From NCBI GenBank assembly GCA_965603825.1, contig CBFDEM010000008.1, positions 124,001-188,000 on the forward strand: a stretch of 64,000 bases of DNA. Reading direction: 5' to 3'. The notes beneath the pieces are model-generated. The model had not been told where the DNA came from. It worked only from the letters and a program-made list of their open reading frames with translations, and ran no database searches. Shown here one piece after another: positions 1-11,660 of this stretch (its first letter is position 1; each line of letters starts with the position of its first letter). Made by a program: the position numbers and the translations under genes. The DNA is from Blepharisma stoltei ATCC 30299. Taxonomy: Eukaryota > Protista > Ciliophora.

Positions 1-122
1 GGGAAATTGGGATCCGGGCTTATCGGAAGTCCAAGTCTTTGGAAATTTTTTGAGGAGTTGAAGTTTGTAGCGAATTTCATCATTGAACAAGCATTTCGAA
101 GTCTAGATGCACTCTTAAGCAT
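1..122 (-). CDS. 5' end of a gene running off the window; N-terminus resembles a mitochondrial targeting peptide
   Basis: ATG at 122 opens MLKSASRLRNACSMMKFATNFNSSKNFQRLGLPISPDPNF with no stop before the window edge. The first ~35 aa are rich in R/K/S and lack acidic residues. Confidence 0.45.
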   Translation of the reverse strand, partial: MLKSASRLRNACSMMKFATNFNSSKNFQRLGLPISPDPNF

Positions 123-478
123 ACCCTTTCCTAGGTGTCTTTATTAATGCAAGCCACAGAAAATTTCAAGCTTAAATCGTATAAAATGGCGATAAAGCTT
201 CACTGGAAATTTTACAAGACCTTTTAGGTTGGGATGAAGAAGGGATTATAAAATTTGATGGAAGATTGAGGAAAACGGAAAAATTATGGGAAAGGAGGCT
301 AGGGATTTGGAAAATTAAGGGAAAAAATTTGGAAAAGCCATAGACGAGATTGTGAAAAACTTGTAATTAAGGCATTTATAGTCGAAATTTAAAGAAAATT
401 GTAAGATTATAAGGCCTTTTATAGCTATTATTTTTGAAATATTGATAATCTGACACAATTTTAAAATCAAAAAAATAA

Positions 479-3331
479 TTAAATTTTTTCCATCACCAAA
501 TCTACCAAATTTCTATTAATCCCATTCTTTTTAAGCCACTTCACTGCTTTTCTCTCTATTAATGCCCATTCAGCTTTCTGTCCTTCACAATATTTATTCA
601 AATACGCCAGTGCTATTAGTGTCCCAATAAGATTTTCAAGAGAAATCTTTCTAATTTCCTCAGAAATTTCTGGTGAAAATTTCAGCAAATTAATAACAGC
701 AGAATCAGCCCAAAACCCATCAAAAGCTTGGATTTCTACTATTTTCATATAATTTACTATTTTTGGTTTTTGAGACACAGCTATCTCTACAGATGAATAA
801 GAAGCTGGTTCAGTCAAAATGTCCCCAAAAAGATCTATAGCATTATTTTGAGATGAATCTGCAAAAATATCTTGCTGGGATCTTATGCACTTTTTATCAT
901 CGTTTGCTTTTTTTGGAGGGGTGGATTTTTTAGGTAAAGCTTGAGAAATAGGATCAGGAATAGTCTCTTGTAGGTTTGCAGCTGAATACGAAGGACTTGT
1001 AGGCGAATATGATGGACTGCTAGGTGAATACGATGGGGATATTTGGGAATATATAGGTGGCAAAAATGATGGAGGAGGATTTAGTTTTGGGACTGATGCT
1101 TGGGTTTGAATTTGGCTTGAAGAAAAAGAAGAATGAGTGCTTTTAAGAGAAGCAGATTGAATATTTGAAAGAAAAGTAGGCTGATAGTAGGCTGTTTGAG
1201 GTAAACTCATAGGAGGAGGAGGAGGAGGAGGAGGGATACTCCCAGACGCGAGTAGCGGCGTACAGAAGCCAACCATTGTAGGTTTATATGCTGGCTGAGA
1301 AGGCAAGCTTGCTTGGGGAAGAAATTGAGAGGGAGGAGGAGGAGCAGATTGAGGAAGAGGAGGTGGTGGACAATTTAAATTCAAAACAGGCGGAGATGGG
1401 CAATATCCAGGCATAGGAGGAGAGTATTGGAACGCATTACTAGAGGAATTGCTGCTAAGAGTTTGCTGAGGAGAACTGCCGAATAAAATATTTTTAAATC
1501 CAGACATACCGTGATTAGTGATAGGCCGAGATTGATTAACTATCACACCTTGCATAGGTATTCTATATGATGTAGGCTCTCTATTCATAGCTTCTTTTTT
1601 CTTTAATTTTATAAACTCCATTTCTCCACTCTCAGCATTCGCCGTCAATTTTTTCGCAATAAAAACTGTATACGGTGACAGCACCTGATATTTCACAGAC
1701 ATCTCAATAATTTTTTCTTTCTCAGCGTTCTCCAAATCCTCAATTTTATTTTTCGCCCACAATTTCCTTATTTCTTCTCCATGTCCTATCTCATCCGAAT
1801 AATTTATATTAAATTCTCGTCTAGCTCTAATTTTTGTATCAAAACAGGTTAAAATTGGGGAAGAATTTGGGACGGAATTTCCTAGCTTTGAATAAAGAAT
1901 AAACCTTTCCCCATAATAAATTGTAGAAAGCCGCTGTGCTGATGGCGTAATCTCATCATTTCAATTGACAGTCCAATCAGTCAGGGCAGGCATTATGCAT
2001 TTTTGTAGGGCTGCTATGACTTTTTGGTTTATTTCGCTTCTATTTTTAATAAATGCAGAAGTCCCACCTCCTGCTTTAGCTGCATTTTTGACTAAATCTT
2101 CAGACACTTCGCCACCGATTCCAAAAGTGTGGACTCTGCATTTATTAGAATTGTCTTTTATAAGCTTTATAACTGCATTAGGGTCTTCAACTTCTCCATC
2201 TGTTATTAGGAAAATCACTCTGGGGTAGTCATTTAGAGCTTGGCTATTAAAAATGTGCTTTAAAGGGTTATAAATATTAGTCGATGACATGTCGGCATGG
2301 AATTGCTTTAATTGTGATAAAGAAAGGTCGAGGGTAGCTTGGGAGTATTCAACAGATACAGGGTGCATACAGGAAAATTGAGTCCCAAAGCTGATGATGT
2401 TGAATTTTGACCTTTGTGGGAGACTTTTTAGGAGTAAGGATAAAGATTCTTTAGCCATATCAATTCTATCGCCGGCCATAGAACCACTTCGATCTAGGAT
2501 AAAGAGGTATTCGCCAGAGCCTTCTAGGTCTTCGAGGTCCTCATTTTCTTCTTGGTATATAGGAAGAAATGAAAGCATGGCTGTATATTCTCCATCATGC
2601 TCTTGAATTATGCATTTTGGGATATTGGCGTCTGAGGTTTTATAAGAAATTTCGACTGACTTGTCAGGGATTATTTGGGCGTTTTTGTTTAATTTTGCAG
2701 TAAGATGCTTAGAATCCTCTGATAAAATCGTGTCAAATTGAAACTCCCTACAAATAAAATCAGAAATCGAATTTTCTGAAAATATTTCTAAGCCAAAATC
2801 CACATAATAATTGCATCCTCTTACGTTTGATTTAACTTCCTCAATAGATTTAGGCTTCCCTTCTTCAAAGTAAGGGAAAATATAATTATCCAGCGTAAAA
2901 ACCCAGTTATCCAGCCTGCTTTGCAAAGGGAAGCAAAATTTTAATTCAACACATATAATGTCATTTGGCTGAATATTCCCAATATTAAATGTAATTGTAT
3001 TTTTGTCTGATTTGGCAAGAACAGCAGTTCTGCCTGAGGAAATTGAATCTTGATAGATTTCTTGGGCTTTGGATTCTTCTTGTATTTCTGCTTTAATTTT
3101 AGTTCCATCTGAAAATTGGATGTTTAAACTTGTTATTACGGATTCTTCTTTTATTGGGAAACTGTATGCACATTCAATAGGTGAGGAATTTAAATTCATA
3201 AAGGTTTGAGTGAGCTCTACTGTTGCGAGAGATTCTTTTAGTGAAGCATTTATGTTTAAATTTCTGAGTGGTATTGAGTTTTGATTATATCTTCTATCAT
3301 TTGGCTTGATCCCGAAGGCTCCCGAAGACAT
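479..3331 (-). CDS. VIT + von Willebrand factor A domain protein (VWA5A/PARP4-like), ~950 aa, Pro/Ser-rich C-terminal linker
   Basis: ORFs 1961-3391 and 479-1762 are in one frame, joined through TGA=Trp at 1961-1963; the gap is stop-free. VIT motifs (ATVELTQTFMN..PIECAYSFP), MIDAS DRSGSM, FLITDGEV, RVHTFGIG, and a C-terminal Q.FDGFW / EWALIERKAVKWL motif. Ends TAA. Confidence 0.88.
983..1051 (-). repeat. Three RNA Pol II CTD-like heptads (YSQISPS-YSPSSPS-YSPTSPS-YS) inside the VIT-vWA gene
   Basis: Direct translation; 21-nt periodicity. Confidence 0.85.
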
Positions 3332-3570
3332 TTTTATACAAATATAGAATATTTTTTCATTACTAAAATGATTGAGATTTCTAATAACCAAAATTAAAAA
3401 TTAAATTTATTTTCAGCTAGAATTTGTGCAAATGTTATAATTATATAAGATAAATTAATACCAAAAATTTACTATGAAAAACAAAAATTTAAATTTATAT
3501 AAATCTTTTCTCATAAAGCTAATTATTATAACATCGAGCCAAAAGAAGTAGAAAAAGTTTTTAAATGTAA

Positions 3571-3768
3571 TTAGTGAATATTTCTATGACCAAATGGTTT
3601 TTCAGGTGATAAATTACTTTGAGCTTGGAGTCTTAGAAATTGATTTGCTGGGTTGACAATTGCGCTTAGTGCTTTCTTATTTTGTGGCTGTCTTTTCTTG
3701 ATTGTTTCTTCTAATTCTTGCATTTCGTCTTCCACTCTCAATTCAATCCTAGTTGGCTTTCTCATCAT
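3571..3768 (-). CDS. CDC26: Anaphase-promoting complex subunit CDC26 (APC12)-like, 65 aa
   Basis: N-terminus MMRKPTRIELRVEDEMQELEE matches the conserved CDC26 N-terminal motif ([20 protein letters not shown] type). Small size; ends TAA. Confidence 0.8.
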   Translation of the reverse strand: MMRKPTRIELRVEDEMQELEETIKKRQPQNKKALSAIVNPANQFLRLQAQSNLSPEKPFGHRNIH

Positions 3769-3783
3769 TTCCTTCGAATAAAT

Positions 3784-3791
3784 GCGGCAAA
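3784..3791 (-). promoter_or_regulatory. E2F-like site TTTGCCGC just upstream of CDC26
   Basis: Matches TTTSSCGC on the minus strand, ~15 nt 5' of the ATG, in otherwise very AT-rich DNA. Confidence 0.35.
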
Positions 3792-4041
3792 AATTATAAA
3801 AATAATTCTAAAATGATGGAAAATTAGAATTTTTACTATTTTATTCTTTACTAAACATCTTCTCAGTTTTAATTAAAACCAAAATATATCTTAATAATCC
3901 AGCCTCTAATTATTTCTCATAATTTATAATTTAAACGCTATACTTTCTATTAAGCATGCTGCTAATCTGCTAATTCTTATATGCTGAGTTATTAAAAACT
4001 AGAAAAAATACCAATAAATTGCTTCAAAGAAATAAACAATA

Positions 4042-4650
4042 ATGGAAAACACAACTTTCAAAGTAATAACCTTAGGAAATTATGGAGTTGGAAAGACATC
4101 ACTATTACTACGAGCTGTCGACGAAAATCCAGTAATTTCATCAAACTATATGTGCACTATTGGTGTTGACTTTAAAACGAAAATGCATGTATTGAATGGT
4201 GAGCCCTATAAATTAATGATTTGGGATACAGCTGGCCAAGAACAGTTTTATCATATAAATAGGCTTTATTATAGTGGGTGTAACGGAGTTATACTTGTCT
4301 ACGATATTACTAGCTTTACTTCCTTTGAAAAAATTAATTTTTTTAAGGACGATTTCGAAAACTACTCAGATGGGAAAATCCCTATGGTGTTAGTAGGTAA
4401 TAAATGTGACTGTAAAGATCGACAAGTAACTCCTGAGCAAGGCCATGACCTAGCTGAAAAGCTTGAAATCCCATTTTTGGAATGTTCAGCACTAACTGGC
4501 ATCCACATAAACAAAGTTTTCGATGTTCTTCTACAAGAAATAGTTAAAGTGGCATCTAAAGAGGAGCCAGTTTCGAAAACGTCATTTGTAATCAATGCTA
4601 TTGTAAAGCAACCGAAAAAGAAAATTAAGCAATGCTGCTTAAGCAAGTAA
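4042..4650 (+). CDS. Rab-family small GTPase, 202 aa
   Basis: GNYGVGKT P-loop, TIGVDF, WDTAGQE, NKCD, ECSA; C-terminal CCLSK prenylation motif. Confidence 0.93.
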   Translation: MENTTFKVITLGNYGVGKTSLLLRAVDENPVISSNYMCTIGVDFKTKMHVLNGEPYKLMIWDTAGQEQFYHINRLYYSGCNGVILVYDITSFTSFEKINFFKDDFENYSDGKIPMVLVGNKCDCKDRQVTPEQGHDLAEKLEIPFLECSALTGIHINKVFDVLLQEIVKVASKEEPVSKTSFVINAIVKQPKKKIKQCCLSK

Positions 4651-5008
4651 TGCAATTTATAATTATTTTATTGAAAGTTGAGGTTAAAATTAAATAAATT
4701 AAAGAGGCTGATCAAATTGTAATACTGAAGAAATGCTGAAATATTTTAATGGAATATATAAGGGATTTTATTATATAGAAGATTCAAGTAAATTAAAAAT
4801 TTTAATTGTATATTTATACCCTAAAGAATTTTTTAGACAGAATAAACTAAATAAGGACCCATTATCTTTAAGATTGTCTAATCTCTAGTCTATGCTTATA
4901 TACAAAAGGTCTATATTTAATAACAATCTTATAATTTTTACGCAGCTCTTTACCATCTTTCTTAAATTCACTTTTTCTTTATTTATTCTCAATCCATATT
5001 ATTAACTC

Positions 5009-7009
5009 ATGAGACGAGGTGGAGGGACACTCAAAGGCAAAGGCAGTAAATTTGGCGCTGCTCCTCGAGTTCGTCTAAAAGAAGAATCCCGCCAAGAAGA
5101 AAGTTCTGTCCCAGAAGATGATCTTATCAGTGAAGCAGCACAAGGCCTAAAAGGTTTTGATGACGTTCCACGACTAAGTGAAAAAGACCTAGACCAAGAT
5201 ATCGAGCGTATATTAACTCCATCCAATCCTCAAGGATCTCAAAACATTGCTTATTTTTCTTACAAAGATCGTCAATTCAAAAGAGACGACTTAGTGGACC
5301 AAATGATCATTCATTTCGCCCAGGACGGCTTTTTTTTATTAAAAGACAGCAATGAAGCGAGAGACCAAGAAGAATTTATTGACTCAAAAACTCTTGAAGC
5401 AGAAGCTCAAATTAAAGCATCTTCAGTCGACACAGGAACAGTCCAGCTTTCACCTGAAGCTCTAATGAAATCTTTGAGAAACCAATTTAATTATGCTGAA
5501 AGAACAGCCCAGTCTTTCTCAATCCCTATAAAAGAACGAGGAATTTCAACTGAGCCACCTCCTACTAGAAGTTTTTCAGGGACAGTTACACAATGGGATA
5601 TTTATGACAATTTTATGTCAGAACTTGATAAAAAACGACAAACAGAACATGCAGAAAAAGAGAAAGAAAAGGAAAAAGAAAAAGATACAAAAAAGAGCAC
5701 AAAAAAGAGAGAGAGGAGGGAAGACCCTATGTATTCGAATGAAATGAGCTATTCACTAAAAATTATGGAAAGAATGGTGAACCAGAATGATTTGCAGAAT
5801 ACTTATCATATTTATAAGTATTTTGATGGAAATGCTGATAACCATAGGACAAGTGAAGGGTCACTCAGTGATTTGTGGATTTTTGGGTCAGAAAAAACGA
5901 AGAAAAAAGAAGTTACTTCATTAGTATGAAATCCAAGATACCATGATATGTTTGCTGTTGGCTATGGCTCCTACAGCTTCATGAAAAAATCTACAGGCCT
6001 CATTTGTTGCTATTCTTTAAAAAATACCAGATACCCTGAATACTTTTTTACAACCCAGCATGGCGTTATGTGCTTAGACTGGCACCCTCAGCACCCCGCT
6101 CTCCTTGCAGTCGGACTTTATGACGGCACAGTTCTTGTATTTGACGTCCGCGCAAAACACAAAAAGCCTATATACCAAAGCACAGTCAGAACCAACAAGC
6201 ATACAGACCCTGTCTGACAAGTCAAATGGCAAGACGACGACATGATGAAAAATTTAAGTTTTTTTTCCATTTCCAGCGACGGCAGAGTCACAAACTGGGT
6301 TTTAATGAAAAACAAGCTGGAAGCTGAAGAAGTCATCAAGCTAAAACTAGTCAGCGGCCAACGAGAAGGCGAAGAAGACATGGAAACTGCTTTAAGCGGC
6401 CTCGCTGGAGGCACTTGTTTCGATTTTAACCCCTTTTTTGAGCATTTATTCATAGTAGGAACCGAAGAAGGAAAAATCCACAAATGCAATAAAGCCTATT
6501 CAGGGCAATATTTAGAAACTTATGATGGGCATTTTATGGCAGTTTATAGTGTTAAATGAAATAAATTCCACCCAAAAATATTTTTAAGTGCAAGTGCTGA
6601 TTGGACCGTTAAAATGTGGGACCATACCATAAAAGCGCCATTACTTACATTTGATTTAGGAATTGCAGTTGGAGATGTCGCATGGGCGCCTTATTCCTCG
6701 ACGCTTTTTGCAGCTATAACAGCTGATTCTAAATGCCATATATATGATTTAGCACAAGAAAGACTATCAGAGATATGTGATAAGAGGGTAAAAAATGGGA
6801 AATGCAACCACATTGCGTTTAACCCAAGCCAGTTTATTATTCTTGTAGGGACTGATAGAGGGACTGTGTATTCGTTTAAACTGTCACCGAATTTAAGGAA
6901 AACAGTACAAGTGACTGAGGAAGATGCTGCAGCTGGTATCACTCAAAGTGCAAAAGAAGTAAAGAAACTAGAAGAAATAATAGAAACAATAGATAGGACT
7001 GTTTATTAA
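5009..7009 (+). CDS. DNAI1: Axonemal outer-arm dynein intermediate chain (DNAI1/IC78-like, WD40), 666 aa
   Basis: Four in-frame ORFs joined by TGA at 5927, 6215 and 6557, each at a conserved WD40 Trp (V-W-NP..DMFAVGYGSY; HTDPV-W-QVKW; VK-W-N.FHP). Also LRNQFNYAERTAQ, KIMERMVNQN, SISSDGRVTNW and KLSPNLR motifs. Ends TAA. Confidence 0.9.
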
Positions 7010-7061
7010 GAATTCTTAAAATCCATTTAAATTATGTTCGTTTCTCATCCAAAAGAACATT

Positions 7062-8513
7062 ATGAGTCAAGATATACTCATTAAAGATATAAGCACAGAA
7101 AAAGAATTTGACCAAACTTTTACACCTGAACTAAGCTTTGGGGACGAAAGGACTAAGCCAATGAGTCCATTAAGCTGCTTTAAATGTTCATTGTCCAAAC
7201 TGATCAGAAAACAACAAAAACTTACTGAGTATAATGCGTGACAATATTTTTCACAAATTTGTATTGATTTAAAATATATGCATGATAACAAAATTATTCA
7301 TATGGATATAAAACCAGAGAATATTTTTATTGATCAGAGTAATATAGCTAAAATTTGTGACCTAGGCTGGAGCGTTAAAAATGATGAAGTTAGGCTTTCA
7401 TTTTGTGCAGCACTTGATTATATGGCCCCAGAAACACTAAAAGACCAAGAACACTCGTTAGAAGCAGATCTCTGAGCTATGGGAGTGCTTCTATATGAGA
7501 TGCTTCATGGGTATTCTCCATTTGAAGCTGAAAAAGACTCTGAAAAATATTTACAAGTCTGTAACCCTTCTATAACCTTTGACCCCAGTGTGAGCATTGA
7601 AGCATTTAATTTAATTAAAGGGCTTATTAAGCCAGATCCAGAGAAGCGGTCTACTCTAAATCAAGTATTAAGCCATCCTTTTCTAGGAAAATTTGACACT
7701 GATAGAAAATATGAAATCGGACAAAAAGTTTATAGTAAACTTTTCGGGCATGGGATCATTGAAGAAATTGAAGGTTTACTAGTTACTGTTTTTTATTCGG
7801 GAGAAAATGTTTTAGAATATTTATCAATCCCAGAAGTATCAAGCAAACTAAAAGTTTATCAAAAGAAAGAAATAAGTCATTTAGAAAAGAGAATGGATAA
7901 AACAATTCAATACGAAAAGCATATTTTCGAAAAAATAGAAAAATATATTCACACTCCAAAACACAGCTTCATAATGCAAAAAAGCAGAAAAAGTTCACGG
8001 AGGGATACGGATATTGAAGATGAAGAGATATTAAAAATGCTATGCAAGCATAAAACAAAAAACTTAAGCAACCTTAGCATTCCTCCACCTCAGCAGAAGA
8101 AATATCTTAATGATTCTTCTCAGGAATTCTTATTTTGTGAAGAAACTGACAATCCTGCTGCTGGACTGTTTGAAAATGAACAAGAGATTAACTCTATTAT
8201 AGAAGCGAGAAAAAGAAAATTAAAACAAATTGAAATTGTAAGTGAACGCTGTACGATTGAAGCCCCGAGATATACAAGCGTAAGAAAAGCTCCATATTTA
8301 AGCCCACAATCTACAAAAAATAGTTTTGATGGGAGTACAAGAGCTGTATCCGAAAGAGATGAAGAAACTAAGTCACCGATGTCGACTGAACTGATCCCAA
8401 GTAGCTATCAACCGATCACAGAAATTTTGTATAAAAGACGCCATGTACGTAAGGCTGGATTTGGCAGATGGCTTGGAGATATTTTGGGCTGTGTTGAAAG
8501 AGCAACATACTAA
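7062..8513 (+). CDS. Aurora-like protein kinase C-lobe only (probable pseudokinase) with long C-terminal tail, ~483 aa
   Basis: Frame open from ATG 7062 with TGA=Trp (NA-W-QYFSQI; EADL-W-AMGVLLYE). Contains IHMDIKPEN, KICDLGWS, FCAALDYMAPE. No GxGxxG or VAIK upstream; the dynein stop is only 52 nt away. Confidence 0.75.
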
Positions 8514-9028
8514 TAAATTAATTAATAACTAAATGCAAACCTCAAGTATTTTTAAAATCTAAAAACCTAGATATGGGGATACTTTTGATATATTATTTTA
8601 AAATTTTTAATATTATGCAAATCGTTATTCTCAATGTCTATAAAGAAAATAATTTAATATTTGTCGGATTTAGCTTGTTTGCTAGCTTTTAAATGCATAG
8701 ATATTATAATAAAATATATATTAGAGTTATCGAGAATTAAAATTTGCATTTATAATACTTGATCTTAAATAACAATTTCTGTTGTTTCTTAGAAATCTTT
8801 TGAGCTTACAATTTTTAAATATTTTTAGGTATTAAAAGCTGCTTCTATCATATTATTCCACTCTTATAAAAGTTATTATCTTTGAAAGATTATAACACTA
8901 TAGCCAAGAATATAAATACAAGACAATCATTCTGAATTATCCTGCTTAATTATTTTCATATTTGCATCTTCTTATATATAATTTTCCAGCATAATTCAAA
9001 ATAAATATCAAAACATTTATACAAATAT

Positions 9029-9694
9029 ATGGAAGGATTCAAGGTATTTCTAATAGTCCAAAATTCAGAAGAAGGAATGAGAATTATCAGACGTAAATCA
9101 TATTTAGACTTAAAATGTGAAGAAGCAAACCAGAATCCAGCCTTTTTGTCTTTTACAAATAAATATTTCACATTAGATGTAAATATTTATGCCAAGCTAT
9201 ACACAGACGAGGAAGAATTGACACAGCCATACGCTATAATTTTACTAGACTCTGAGCTTTTAAAAGAATGGCATAATAAAAATACACAAAAAATCGAAAA
9301 CTCTGAATGCAGCTTGCTGATATCAAATGGGGAGAATGAAGACCTTGAAAATTGGGCTATAGAAAATGAAATTGAGTACGTTTATGACAATTTAGACAGT
9401 TTTGAAGGCTTTAAAAAAGAGGACGGAGAAAACATAGGACTTGGAAGAGTCAGAGAAGCAATAGAATGTGCAGCAGCCCCTTATGCAAAAACAGAAAAAC
9501 CTTCAGAAGTTAAACAAGAAGAAAGAGAGCCGACAGAAGAGGAAATTGAGAACGACCTTGATACCTTTGAATATTTTTTAAATAAAATTAGAGAAGTCAG
9601 AGAAATGGCTCCAAATAGCACTGAAGAAGAAAGAAAAGAAAGAGCAGAAAACACGATTAAAGAATTAATGGAAAAATTTAAGCTTGATGACTAA
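9029..9694 (+). CDS. AAGAB: Alpha/gamma-adaptin-binding protein p34 (AAGAB/Irc6)-like
   Basis: TNKYFTLDV, ENWAIENEIEYV, GLGRVREAIEC and the C-terminal FEYFLNKIREVREMA..EERKERAE helix match the p34 pattern. Probable 15-nt intron at 9093-9107. Confidence 0.7.
   Translation: MEGFKVFLIVQNSEEGMRIIRRKSYLDLKCEEANQNPAFLSFTNKYFTLDVNIYAKLYTDEEELTQPYAIILLDSELLKEWHNKNTQKIENSECSLLISNGENEDLENWAIENEIEYVYDNLDSFEGFKKEDGENIGLGRVREAIECAAAPYAKTEKPSEVKQEEREPTEEEIENDLDTFEYFLNKIREVREMAPNSTEEERKERAENTIKELMEKFKLDD
9093..9107 (+). other. Candidate 15-nt spliceosomal intron (in-frame, stop-free)
   Basis: GTAAATCATATTTAG has the same length and the same A at -6 as the other introns. It is not required to keep the ORF open. 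Confidence 0.5.
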
Positions 9695-10080
9695 AATGAT
9701 TATGATTTTTAATAATAAATATTTTATTGAAGAAACCCGTTTACTGACAGGTCTTTAAGCTTTAGCTATATTCACAATTTTTTGTTTATGAAATTAACTT
9801 GTTATATACCATCTTAGAAGCCCAATAAATTTCTTTATATTCCATAATTTAAATTTATTTCTAGTATAAGCTGTTCTTTTAATATATAAAAAGAAACCAT
9901 AAAAATGTCTAAATTCCATTATCATGGTAAAAGTGAAAAACTTGCTTTCAATGAAGTTTTCTTAATAATGGCATTAATTACATTTAAGCTAAATCAGTTT
10001 AAAAATAATTTGCTTTTATCTATAAAATATTAAATCGAATTTTCGTGAAAATTTATTAAAATATATTTTGTGGATAATAT

Positions 10081-11559
10081 ATGGGCTGCTCAATACCAAA
10101 AAAAGCGCGCATCCGAGCCACAGCCACAGCATCCATAGAGAACCAGCGAATAAGTGATGCTGGCAGCGTCATTGTAAACGCTGGAACCTTTGTATTAGAA
10201 AATCGGCTTGATTTTTTAGACGTTTATAGAATGGGAAATTATATAGGCCATGGCGCATATGGAGAAGTGAGGATTTGCTTCCACAGAGAAACCTCAGCCA
10301 AAAGAGCAGTTAAAATTTTTCGTAAAGATATTATTAGAAATGAATTATCTAGATCTCGTATAGAGCAAGAAATCAATATTTTAAAGTCCCTTGACCACCC
10401 AAACATTGTAAAAGTCCATGAATATTTTATTGATACAAAAAAAATTTATATAGTGATGGAATATTGTAGCGGCGGTGAATTATTTTCTGAGCTTATTAAA
10501 AGGAATTTTTTTTCTGAAGCAAAAGCTGCACAAATAATGTATCAAATATTTTCAGCTGTAAGGTATCTCCATGAGAACAATATAATGCATAGAGATTTGA
10601 AGCCAGAAAATATTTTGCTGGAAGACAAACATGATATAATGAATATAAAATTAATAGATTTTGGTACTGCAACTGCAAAAGTTCCTTTGAAATATTCTAG
10701 ATATTTAGAAGGAACAGCTTATTATATGGCCCCAGAAGTCGCTCTTGGAGGCTATAACGAAAAATGTGACTTATGAAGCTGCGGGGTTATAATGTATATT
10801 TTATTATCAGGGAGTCCTCCATTTGATGGAAATAATGATAATGAAATTTTATTGAGCTCAGCCAGAGGGTTATATAATATAACAGGAGATCCATGGCCAA
10901 AAATTTCTCAAGAAGCCAAAGACCTGCTATCAAAATTACTATGCTCAGCAGACGAAAGATTATCAAGCGCACAAGCATTAGAGCATATATGAATTACATC
11001 CAAAACCATGGAAAATACACCTGAGACTGAAGCAGTTGAGCTCGTTATGACGAAATTAAAGCAATTCCATGGTGAAAGCAAGCTAAAAGATGCTGTACAT
11101 ACCTTTATAATTTCTCAATTTTTATCTTTTAAGGACGCTAAGTCTTTAAAACAAGTTTTCAAAAAATTAGATCTTAATGGAGATGGACGGCTCAGTAAAG
11201 AAGAGCTATACAAAGAATATCTCCATTCTATGGGACATACAGAAGCTTCAGCATTAGCAGAAAAATTAATGAAAGAAGTGGACACTGACAGCAATGGCTT
11301 TATTGACTATTCCGAGTTCCTAAAAGCCACTTTAGACATAAAAAAAATTTTTTCCGCAGAAATTTTAAAGGCTGCTTTTAAGATGTTCGATTATGATGGA
11401 AGCGGCAAAATTTCAGCTGAAGAGCTAAAAAGGACCTTGGAGGGCGGAAAATTAATTGACGATTGTGTATGGGATGAAATTATTAAGGAAAATGATTTAA
11501 ATGGGGATGGAGAAATCGACTTGGAAGAGTTCCAGCAGTCTGTCCTGGCAAAGCTATAA
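10081..11559 (+). CDS. Calcium-dependent protein kinase (CDPK), kinase + 4 EF-hands, 492 aa
   Basis: MGC N-acylation motif, GHGAYG, AVK, HRDLKPEN, DFG, APE. TGA=Trp at 10774 (CDL-W-SCG) and 10990 (EHI-W-I). EF-hands DLNGDGRLSKEE, DTDSNGFIDYSE, DYDGSGKISAEE, DLNGDGEIDLEE. Confidence 0.95.
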
Positions 11560-11660
11560 ATTTTGTATTTAAATTATTTTTAGTTTCCAGGTTTCTGAAT
11601 TTTTTATTAATGCGATAATAAAAAATTCTTATATCTATTATAAAATTCTATAATTTTCTC

